From the NCBI GenBank assembly GCA_963665495.1, contig OY762289.1, forward strand, positions 1,189,909 through 1,253,908: DNA of 64,000 bases. The letters run 5' to 3'. Source of the DNA: Desulfovibrionaceae bacterium (GTDB lineage: Bacteria; Desulfobacterota; Desulfovibrionia; Desulfovibrionales; Desulfovibrionaceae). Of this stretch, positions 39,479 to 47,487 are shown in pieces. The notes under the pieces were generated by a model that was given only the letters and a program-made list of their open reading frames with translations, had not been told where the DNA came from and searched no databases. Within the stretch, counting starts at the first letter, position 1; every line of letters begins with the position of its first letter. The position numbers and the translations under genes were made by a program.

Positions 39479-40390
39479 ATGATTCCGCGGGACACGACCA
39501 CAGAGCGTCAGAACGCACAATGCGGATCCGTCACCGTTCTGGTGGTTTTTCTGCTGCCGGTTATGTGCATCATGCTGATGCTGATGGTGAACATCGGCCA
39601 GGCTGTTTTTGAAAAAATTCGTCTGCAGCAGACCGTGGATATGTGTGCGTTGTCCGCAGCGAATGTTCAGGCCATGGGGCTGAATGAGATAGCGGACCTG
39701 AACTTCGAGGCTGAATTTCAATATTGGTCAATGGCCCTGCAGCATGCGATTCCATTCTGGGCGTCGTTTTCGGATGGCAAAAATTGTACGGATTTTTTTA
39801 AAGATGTTTTTAAGGAAATTCTGGAAAAACAGGACGATGCCAATAGTGATTATGCTGAGGCGGCTTTGGACATTGCGGAGTACGTAAAAATGATCAATTT
39901 GCCAATGACCACTCTTGAGTCGGTAAATCCGGAAGATTCCAAGCTGATGAAATATAAAAAGGTAAGTCGTTTCTATTTCTTTTTATTTCTCTCCGAGTGT
40001 TCCTGTAAGTATTGCCCAAGCTTAACGTCCTTTACCTGGAATGGTAACATGGCTGGAAAAGCAGAAAAGTGGGGACTACATTTTGGTAAACAATCTGAAG
40101 GAACTAAGTGTTCAGTTTCAATCCCCATGTTTGGCAGCATAGACTATAAAATCAAGAAAAAGAAAAATCCGACAACATATTCTGCATTCAAAATAACCCA
40201 GCGCCCTAAACGATTTATTCTTGCTTCAGGTATTTTTGGAAAGCTCGATGAACTTGTGGCCTATGCTGCAGCCAAGCCTGTTGGTGGTTCCATCTACAAC
40301 GGAAAACCACAATATAAGGGTGTTCTGTGGCGGCTCAATGATCTTGAGCCAGCGCCAGATGTCGATGACCTCAGCGAGTTTGAGCATTAA
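39479..40390 (+). CDS. TadG-like protein (putative Flp pilus-assembly TadE/G-like N-terminal domain)
   Basis: …ERQNAQCGSVTVLVVFLLPVMCIMLMLMVNIGQAVFEKIRLQQTVDMCALSAA… fits the TadE/G-like N-terminal pattern (…ALxLPxLL…VD…R…LQxAAD…AA). The start 39479 abuts the previous stop. The 3' half is AT-rich. Confidence 0.6.
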   Translation: MIPRDTTTERQNAQCGSVTVLVVFLLPVMCIMLMLMVNIGQAVFEKIRLQQTVDMCALSAANVQAMGLNEIADLNFEAEFQYWSMALQHAIPFWASFSDGKNCTDFFKDVFKEILEKQDDANSDYAEAALDIAEYVKMINLPMTTLESVNPEDSKLMKYKKVSRFYFFLFLSECSCKYCPSLTSFTWNGNMAGKAEKWGLHFGKQSEGTKCSVSIPMFGSIDYKIKKKKNPTTYSAFKITQRPKRFILASGIFGKLDELVAYAAAKPVGGSIYNGKPQYKGVLWRLNDLEPAPDVDDLSEFEH

Positions 40391-40391
40391 C

Positions 40392-40805
40392 ATGTTGCAG
40401 TGCAAAACGATGGATAAATTTGTTTCCAAAAGAGTGGAACGATCAAAAAGCAGTGAAAGCGGCCAGATGATGATAGAGTTTGGTTTTATGCTCTTCATGA
40501 TGCTCGCGCCTATGCTGGTTACTCTTCTTGTTTTCTATGAGGTTATCAATGAACTCATTACCGTTCAGGAGCAGATTTATTACGACCTGCGTGAAAAAAT
40601 TGACGACAGGGCTGCCGGCCCCTTTTTTCCGGTTTACAAAAAAGAGACCGCACGGGTGGAACTGCCAGTCAAAATGCATGGATTTATCGGCGTTGACAAA
40701 GTGGAGGTTGATTTGGAGCTCAGAGCCTTTGCCGGTTGTTGGCAAGGGAACAATTTGAATAGCTATAAATTGGGAAGACGGTTGCGAACAACAGGGATGG
40801 AGTGA
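40392..40805 (+). CDS. TadE-like pseudopilin (second copy)
   Basis: …KSSESG/QMMIEFGFMLFMMLAPMLVTLLVFY… prepilin-like N-terminus. The start (40392 or 40410) is ambiguous. Confidence 0.55.
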   Translation: MLQCKTMDKFVSKRVERSKSSESGQMMIEFGFMLFMMLAPMLVTLLVFYEVINELITVQEQIYYDLREKIDDRAAGPFFPVYKKETARVELPVKMHGFIGVDKVEVDLELRAFAGCWQGNNLNSYKLGRRLRTTGME

Positions 40806-40807
40806 AT

Positions 40808-41671
40808 ATGAAGGGGAGCAGAGTACTGGTCATTTCGCTGGTGGGAGCGCTAATCGCCCTGATGCTGGTCTACGGCTACATCTCCAGCAGGGAAAAAGCC
40901 CTGATGCGCGGAGAGACTCCCATCAAGGTTGTGGTGGCGTTGCGGGACATCCCGGAAGATACGCGTCTGGACGACACCATGGTGGAAGTGCGCGAAGTGC
41001 CCAAGGCCTTTGTGCAGCCTGGCGCGGTGTCCGACGTCACGGACGTCTACGACCGGGTGCTGCAGATAGGAGTGATGTCCGGAGCGCAGATTCTTGAAGA
41101 CATGGTTCGTCCCAGTGAAGGCGAAACCCTTGCTAAGAAGATTCCCAGCGGCATGCGCGCCGTGAGCATTTCCGCCAACGAAGTGACGGCGGTTGCCGGT
41201 TTGATTCAGCCGGGGAACTTTGTGGACGTGCTGCTGACCGTGGAAACCGGCGTTTATGACGAGCGAGGTGTCATGCAGCCCGAGCAGACCATCACAAAAA
41301 CCGTGCTGCAGAATATTCTGGTGCTCGCCGCCAATCAATTTTCATCCAAACGGGATTATCAACGCTCGAAATTCAAAAATACGCAGAAAGTTCCGGGGAC
41401 GTACTATTCCGTACCTTCCGCCAAAGGGGAGGGCGGCAATCAGCTGCGGACATTGACTCTGGCACTGAGTCCTGAAGATGCGCAAAAGATCACTCTGGCG
41501 CAGGAAGTGGGGTCCGTGACCGTGGCGCTACGCAGTTCGTGGTCCGAAGATAAAAGCGTGTCCTTGCCGTTTTTATCCGCAAATCAGCTTATGGGCGTGG
41601 ACAAAAAGATCATGCGCAGATCAATGCCCTCCTGGGTGGAAATTCGCGGATCGCAGATGGTCAACCCCTGA
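40808..41671 (+). CDS. cpaB: Flp pilus assembly protein CpaB/RcpC
   Basis: N-terminal TM, SAF-like domain then RcpC region (…IKVVVALRDIPEDTRLDDTMVEVREVPKAFVQPGAVSD… …GNFVDVLLT…). Confidence 0.8.
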   Translation: MKGSRVLVISLVGALIALMLVYGYISSREKALMRGETPIKVVVALRDIPEDTRLDDTMVEVREVPKAFVQPGAVSDVTDVYDRVLQIGVMSGAQILEDMVRPSEGETLAKKIPSGMRAVSISANEVTAVAGLIQPGNFVDVLLTVETGVYDERGVMQPEQTITKTVLQNILVLAANQFSSKRDYQRSKFKNTQKVPGTYYSVPSAKGEGGNQLRTLTLALSPEDAQKITLAQEVGSVTVALRSSWSEDKSVSLPFLSANQLMGVDKKIMRRSMPSWVEIRGSQMVNP

Positions 41672-41797
41672 GGCCGAACGACAGATATTTTTCACACTGG
41701 ATCGGAAATTCAGGCTTCAAGCCGAAGCCATCGGTACAAGCGGCGGAGCGAGCCGGTTCGGCGGATTCGCTCCAGTAATTCATAAGGGAGACAGGTG

Positions 41798-43300
41798 ATG
41801 CATCGTTCCAAGGGTAGTGGTGTGGCAAGGGTTCTCGCCGTACTTATGCTGGTTCTTTTACTGCCGGTGGCGGCATTCACGCAGAAACCGCCGGACGATG
41901 TCGTCAAAGTCATGGCAGGCAACAGCGTGGTTTATGCCGTGGACTTCAAGATCGAAAAGGTGGCCACCGGCGATCCCAAAGTCTTCGGCGTTGTGCAGAC
42001 CGGCGACAATGAAATGATCATCAATGCTGTTGCCGAGGGTGCGAGCAATCTGATTATTTTCGGCCCTAACGACGAACGCAGGGAAGTGTTCATCAACGTG
42101 CTGACTCCCGAGTTGATGCTCAAAGCCGAAGAACTCCGGGGCATGCTTTCGGATATCGAAGGCGTTGAAGTCAAGATCATCGGCAAGAAAATCATTGTCG
42201 ACGGCCTGGTTTTCAAGAGCAAGGATTTCGGCAAGATCAATCAGCTTCTTGCCAGTATGCCTGAGGTGGTCAACCTCGTACGCATGAGCCCGTTCATGAA
42301 AAAGATCGTGGCCCAGGAGATCGAACGCAGCATCGGGCGTCCGGGCATCACCGTTCGCGTCGCCAAAAACGCCTTTTTGATTGAAGGCGTGGTCCCCAAC
42401 GAAGAAGAAGGACAGCGCGCGGAAAAGATCGCCCTGGCCTACAGCCCCAACGTGGTCAACGCGCTGCTCAGCACCGCCTCGCAGGAACGGCCCGCACCCT
42501 ATTCCAAGCCGAATATCATCGAAGTCAATTTGACTATCATGGAAGTGACCAAGACCGCGTTGAAACAGTTCGGCATCTATTGGAACCCAACCATCTCGAC
42601 CACTGGCAACGCCGGATTCGACCATGAAAGCAACTTCGAGTGGTTCCCTTTCAGCACGTCCATGGCGGAAAATCTGGTCTACAGCCTCTCCGGTACCATT
42701 TCCTCCTTTTTCCCCACCATGCAGCGAATCAATGAAACCGGCAACGGGCGTTCGTTGATGCAGCAGACTCTGATTACCAAGGAGGGCGGGGCGGCCAAAT
42801 TCTTTGCAGGATCCGAAGAGCCCATCCCCGTGGCTCAGGACGGCGGGACCATGTCCGTGGAGTACAAGAAAGTGGGTATGACGCTTAATGTGACGCCCAA
42901 CCTGGACGAACTTGGGAATATCGACTCCATGCTGGAGATGGAGTCCAGCACAGTGACGGGCACCAGCAGCGGTGCGCCCATCGTGAATACCAACAGCGTC
43001 ACCACCGCCATCAATGTGGCTCAGGGCACCACCATCGTCATCGGCGGTCTGGCAGGGCAGCGCGAGCTGAAAAATCTGGCCAACAGCAACCCCAACGACG
43101 AGGGTACCGGAAGCCTGTTTGAAGCCAACTACGACAAAGCGCGCCAGAAAAGCCAGACCGAAGTCGTGGTCTTCATCACGCCGCGTATTGTGGAAGACGC
43201 TAAAGATGCCGGCAAAGACATGAAAGTCAACACCAAGCGCTCGATCAAAAAAGTGGAACTCGACAACCTGCGCGAAGTGTTTGACGGCTATTACAAATAA
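41798..43300 (+). CDS. cpaC: Tad/Cpa secretin CpaC/RcpA (type II/III secretion-system secretin family)
   Basis: Signal peptide. N-terminal β-domains and C-terminal secretin domain (…GTTIVIGGLAGQRELKNLAN… …VVVFITPRIVED…). RBS AAGGGAG 7 nt before ATG 41798. Confidence 0.85.
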   Translation: MHRSKGSGVARVLAVLMLVLLLPVAAFTQKPPDDVVKVMAGNSVVYAVDFKIEKVATGDPKVFGVVQTGDNEMIINAVAEGASNLIIFGPNDERREVFINVLTPELMLKAEELRGMLSDIEGVEVKIIGKKIIVDGLVFKSKDFGKINQLLASMPEVVNLVRMSPFMKKIVAQEIERSIGRPGITVRVAKNAFLIEGVVPNEEEGQRAEKIALAYSPNVVNALLSTASQERPAPYSKPNIIEVNLTIMEVTKTALKQFGIYWNPTISTTGNAGFDHESNFEWFPFSTSMAENLVYSLSGTISSFFPTMQRINETGNGRSLMQQTLITKEGGAAKFFAGSEEPIPVAQDGGTMSVEYKKVGMTLNVTPNLDELGNIDSMLEMESSTVTGTSSGAPIVNTNSVTTAINVAQGTTIVIGGLAGQRELKNLANSNPNDEGTGSLFEANYDKARQKSQTEVVVFITPRIVEDAKDAGKDMKVNTKRSIKKVELDNLREVFDGYYK

Positions 43301-43323
43301 CAGGTCGCGCCGGGGATTGCTTT

Positions 43324-45399
43324 ATGGGGAGAATGCTTAGCGTCTATGCCACCAAGGGTGGCGTCGGCAAAAGCTTTTTGGCAGTGAACCTGGCGGTAAA
43401 CCTGCATTTGGAAACCAGGGAAAATGTGCTGCTCGTTGATTTCGGCCAGCCTTTTTCCATTGATGTGGCAACGTATCTGGAACTCAAAAAGGTCAATACA
43501 CTGGACAAGATGCTCCCGACTGCCATGAAGCTGAATCCGGCAATACTGAAAAGTTTTGTCACCCGCCACGATTCGGGCGTGGATGTCCTGAGCCTGAGCC
43601 AGAGTCTTGCCCCGCTGGGGCCGGAAGTCCTTTCCGCCGGGAATCTGGAGGCCGTGCTCGGCAAGCTCATGCCTTCCTACGGCTGGCTCGTGGCAGATGT
43701 GGGCATGGCCTATGGTCCGGCCGTGGATACGTTGCTTGAGGTCTCGGACCTGGTGATGCTTGTCTGCGAACCCTCAATTCTCGGACTGAAGCATACGTTT
43801 CAGGATCTGGCGTTTCTGCAGGCCCAGAATTTTCCTCAGGAAAAGATCAAGCTGGTCCTGAACAGAGACGGCCTGAATGAAAGCATTTCTGCTGAACTGG
43901 TGCAACAGCGGACCAACAAGGAGGTTTTTGGTTCTCTGCCCAACGATCCGCAGGCCGAACAGAAGCTGGCCGACGGAAAGCTCTATGCCAGGGATTTTCA
44001 CCGTCATGAAGTCACCAAGGCGCTGGACGCCCTGACCGCGCAGGTCGTCCGGAGCGCAGGCGCAATGCAGAACCGCTTGAGCGTGCCCTCTGTCGGGTCC
44101 GAGGAGCAGACCGCCGAACCGGATATCGACGTACTGAAGATGGGCATCCATCAGCGGTTGCTGGAAACTTTTGATATGAAGTACGCGGATTTTGAGGTGG
44201 AAAACGATCCGGAGAAATACAGGGAGCTGGAAGAAGACGTCACCCGCCGGATCGTTGAATTGCTGGATGCGGAATCCCGCATCGCTTCCCGTCAGCGCCG
44301 GGCTGAAATCGTGAAGGAAATCAAGCAGGATGTGCTGGGACTCGGGCCGTTGGAGGACATGCTGGATGATGCGGATGTCAGCGAGATCATGATCAACCGC
44401 TGGGATCAGATTTATGTGGAGCAGAAAGGGCGTCTGAGCGTGAGCCCCAAGAAATTTCACAACGAGCAACACCTGATGCGGGTCATCGAGCGTATCGTGG
44501 CACCGCTGGGCAGGAAAATCGACACCAGTACGCCCATGGTCGACGCCCGGCTCAAGGACGGTTCGCGCGTCAATGCCATCATCCCTCCGCTGGCAATCAA
44601 CGGCGCGGCCATGACCATCCGCAAGTTTCCCAAACACCGGCTGGGTGTGGATGATCTCATCAAATACAATACGCTGAACCGGCAGATAGCTGAATTCATT
44701 CAGGCTGCTGTCAAAGCCCGTTTGAACGTGCTTGTTTCCGGCGGTACGGGTTCGGGAAAAACGACTCTGCTGAATATTCTTTCCGCTTTTATTCCTTCGG
44801 ACGAACGGATCATCACGGTGGAGGATTCGGCCGAGCTGAAGCTGCAGCAGCCCCATGTGGTCACACTGGAATCCAGGCCGCCCAATATCGAGGGCACGGG
44901 CGAGGTTTCCATCAGGGATCTGGTCAAGAATACGCTGCGTATGCGGCCCGACAGAATAGTGGTGGGCGAATGTCGCGGAGCGGAAGCCCTGGATATGCTT
45001 CAGGCCATGAATACGGGGCACGACGGCTCTTTGACCACGGTGCATGCCAATACGTCCCGCGAAGCCATTGCGCGGCTGGAAACGCTGGTCATGTTCGCGG
45101 GGTTCGATCTTTCCCCCAAGGCGATCAAAGAGCAGATCGTGGGCGCGGTGGATCTGATCATCCAGATCAAACGCTTCAAGGATGGAAGCAGACACATCGT
45201 TCAGGTTTCCGAGATTACCGGCATGGAAGGCGATGTGGTCACCATGGGGGATGTTTTCGAGTTCAAGGTATCCGGTACGGATGCCCAGGGGATCGTGCAG
45301 GGGACTTTTGTCTCCACCGGCTACGTGCCCCATTGCCTGAAGGCTTTTGAGGAAAAAGGCATTTCCATACCGAGGGAAATTTTCTGGACGGCGGATTAA
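43324..45399 (+). CDS. Fused TadZ/CpaE-like (ParA/MinD-type) ATPase plus TadA/CpaF secretion ATPase
   Basis: Residues 1-~260: deviant Walker A SVYATKGGVGKSFLAVNLA (MinD/ParA class), no N-terminal receiver-like domain. Residues ~280-691: CpaF-type ATPase (Walker A GGTGSGKTTLLN, …RIVVGECRGAEALDMLQAMNTGHDGSLTTVHANT…). Single uninterrupted ORF. Confidence 0.85.
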   Translation: MGRMLSVYATKGGVGKSFLAVNLAVNLHLETRENVLLVDFGQPFSIDVATYLELKKVNTLDKMLPTAMKLNPAILKSFVTRHDSGVDVLSLSQSLAPLGPEVLSAGNLEAVLGKLMPSYGWLVADVGMAYGPAVDTLLEVSDLVMLVCEPSILGLKHTFQDLAFLQAQNFPQEKIKLVLNRDGLNESISAELVQQRTNKEVFGSLPNDPQAEQKLADGKLYARDFHRHEVTKALDALTAQVVRSAGAMQNRLSVPSVGSEEQTAEPDIDVLKMGIHQRLLETFDMKYADFEVENDPEKYRELEEDVTRRIVELLDAESRIASRQRRAEIVKEIKQDVLGLGPLEDMLDDADVSEIMINRWDQIYVEQKGRLSVSPKKFHNEQHLMRVIERIVAPLGRKIDTSTPMVDARLKDGSRVNAIIPPLAINGAAMTIRKFPKHRLGVDDLIKYNTLNRQIAEFIQAAVKARLNVLVSGGTGSGKTTLLNILSAFIPSDERIITVEDSAELKLQQPHVVTLESRPPNIEGTGEVSIRDLVKNTLRMRPDRIVVGECRGAEALDMLQAMNTGHDGSLTTVHANTSREAIARLETLVMFAGFDLSPKAIKEQIVGAVDLIIQIKRFKDGSRHIVQVSEITGMEGDVVTMGDVFEFKVSGTDAQGIVQGTFVSTGYVPHCLKAFEEKGISIPREIFWTAD

Positions 45400-45427
45400 G
45401 CTGAGGAAGGAAGCGCTTGTGGATAAC

Positions 45428-46663
45428 ATGATGGTATACCTGCTGACGGCCTGTTTTTTGCCGCCGTTCTGGGGCATCTGCTACTGGCTGGCGCAGCTAG
45501 TGCTGGGAGACCGCAAAAAGGACGGGCATGGCAGCTCGTTCGGGCGGTATGTCTCCTGGATCAGTAATACGCTGGACCAGATGTTCTACCAGGTGCCTGA
45601 AAAGAAAATCCGCACTTTTCTGCTGGCGTCCATGCTTGTGGCTGGACTTGCCGGGTTCCTGTTGCCGTCTTCTTTGTCCGGCATCAGCAAGAATTCTCTG
45701 CATACGGCCATGGAGCTGAACCGTAAGGGGCACTACAAGGAAGCGCGGAACGCTTTGCTTGGCTACGAATCGTCGAAATCGCCTCTGATTCTGAACGAAC
45801 TGGGTGTCGCCTTTCTGGGTATGGGAGATTACGACGAGGCCATGGACTATTTCCGGGCGGCGCTCTCCATGCAGCCTTACTACGGCGTGGCCCATGCCAA
45901 TCTGGCAACGGCCTACCTGCACAAGGAAAATCTCGAACGCTGGCGTTTCGAGCGGGCCCGTTCCATAGAAGTGGGCAAATATCCTCTTTCCACCTCCGAA
46001 ATATATAACCTGGAAACATCCATCGTCAGCCAGCTGTTACTGCGTCTGTTCGTGGCCGCGATATTCATGCTGGCCGTCTACAACCTGCCCCGGCTGATCA
46101 TCCGGGTTTTGCGTTCACGCAGGATCAAACGCTACGAAGAACAGATGCCCGACGCTTTGTTGATGGCGTCCAACGGGTTGAAGGCCGGATTCAGTCTGAT
46201 GCAGGCCCTGGAGGTGGTGGCCTCGGAAATGACGCCTCCTTTGAGCCAGGAGTTCCGTCTGGTGCTCAAGGAGCATCAGCTTGGCTCGGAATTGGATGAA
46301 GCTCTCGAACATCTGGCCCAGCGAATGCCTACTTTAGATACGCGTATTTTTGTCAATTCACTCGCCATATTGCGTGAAACCGGCGGTAATCTGACGGAAA
46401 TATTCGACACCATGGCCGAGACCATCAAAGAGCGTAAACGCGTTCTGCAGAAAATCAAAACCATGACAGCCGAAGGAGAAACGCAGGCGTATATTCTTTC
46501 GGCCCTGCCCCTGGTCCTGGGGTTGATCATGTACAAACTCAATCCGGAAAATATGGAGCTGATGTTCGGCACGCCCCTGGGATGGATGATCGTGCTGCTG
46601 GTCGTTTTGCTGGAAGCCGTGGGGATTTTCTGGATGTTGAAAATGGTCAAAGTAAAAGTATAG
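45428..46663 (+). CDS. TadB-like platform protein (T2SSF domain) with an N-terminal TM plus TPR-repeat extension
   Basis: TPR-like repeats (…NELGVAFLGMGDYDEAMDYFRAALSMQPYYGVAHANLATAYLH…) precede a T2SSF domain (…MPDALLMASNGLKAGFSLMQALEVVA… …ETQAYILSALPLVLGL…). An alternative GTG start at 45419 is possible. Confidence 0.75.
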   Translation: MMVYLLTACFLPPFWGICYWLAQLVLGDRKKDGHGSSFGRYVSWISNTLDQMFYQVPEKKIRTFLLASMLVAGLAGFLLPSSLSGISKNSLHTAMELNRKGHYKEARNALLGYESSKSPLILNELGVAFLGMGDYDEAMDYFRAALSMQPYYGVAHANLATAYLHKENLERWRFERARSIEVGKYPLSTSEIYNLETSIVSQLLLRLFVAAIFMLAVYNLPRLIIRVLRSRRIKRYEEQMPDALLMASNGLKAGFSLMQALEVVASEMTPPLSQEFRLVLKEHQLGSELDEALEHLAQRMPTLDTRIFVNSLAILRETGGNLTEIFDTMAETIKERKRVLQKIKTMTAEGETQAYILSALPLVLGLIMYKLNPENMELMFGTPLGWMIVLLVVLLEAVGIFWMLKMVKVKV

Positions 46664-46731
46664 CGGTCGAATTCGCGGACTGCTTTGAGGAAAACTGGAA
46701 AAACGTTTGCCGTGTTGAAAAGGAGATTATT

Positions 46732-47280
46732 ATGGGCTTGCGCGCGCGTCTTGTACTACTGCTTTTTCTTTTTGCCTTGCCGTTGACCACATCATGTTCG
46801 ATGCGCCCCAAAGTGGAAGGGGTGCTTCCCAAAGGCATCGTTCAGGTGGACAAGAACAATTACAACGCCATGGTCTTACGAAGCAAAGGCCCCTGCATGG
46901 TGTTGTTCTATGACGAAGGCATCGAATCCACCGCGTTGCACCGCCTTTACATCGCGTATGCCGACCGCTACGGCAAACACGCCAAATTCTGCCGCTACCA
47001 GTGGGACGGTACCGATAACCCCGGCGATTACCGCCTCGAGGTCCGGCCCACCATCATTTTGTACCGCGACGGCATTGAAGTGGACCGTCTGCGCGGCATT
47101 CCCCCGCGTACGCCCGATTATGTGGACTGGAACGAGGACGTGGAACTCTGGATCCTGCGTACCGCCATTCAGGTAAAAAGCGACAAATACACGGCCACCT
47201 TCAATTGTTTCTTTAACAACACCTATGACCTGGAGTTCACCAATCTGGGCATGGACGATAAACGGGATGTCGAGGATTAG
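46732..47280 (+). CDS. Lipoprotein with a thioredoxin-like fold lacking the CxxC active site
   Basis: Signal peptide + lipobox (LPLTTSC). …CMVLFYDEGIEST… …RPTIILYRDGIEVDRLRG… has thioredoxin-fold topology without redox cysteines. RBS AAGGAG. Confidence 0.55.
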   Translation: MGLRARLVLLLFLFALPLTTSCSMRPKVEGVLPKGIVQVDKNNYNAMVLRSKGPCMVLFYDEGIESTALHRLYIAYADRYGKHAKFCRYQWDGTDNPGDYRLEVRPTIILYRDGIEVDRLRGIPPRTPDYVDWNEDVELWILRTAIQVKSDKYTATFNCFFNNTYDLEFTNLGMDDKRDVED

Positions 47281-47487
47281 ATACTGAGAAGGTATGCTTC
47301 AGGCTGTGTAAGCCCCTGTGTTGTAAAAGAGGACTGAGAATCTCTAACGACTTTAAAGCGTTAGTGAAGACAACAGCTATACAGAGCAATTTGAGCGCGT
47401 CCAGGGCCGCTGCCCTGGCGAGGGGTGTGGGGACGAGGAGCCCCCGCGGTGTTTTCTAATTTTTCAGCTGATCGGGGGAGTCCTGCA

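Noticed and set aside
43774-45477. 567-aa minus-strand ORF, and 41858-42625 (255 aa)
   Set aside because: Antisense to the TadZ-TadA fusion and to cpaC respectively. No recognisable domains.
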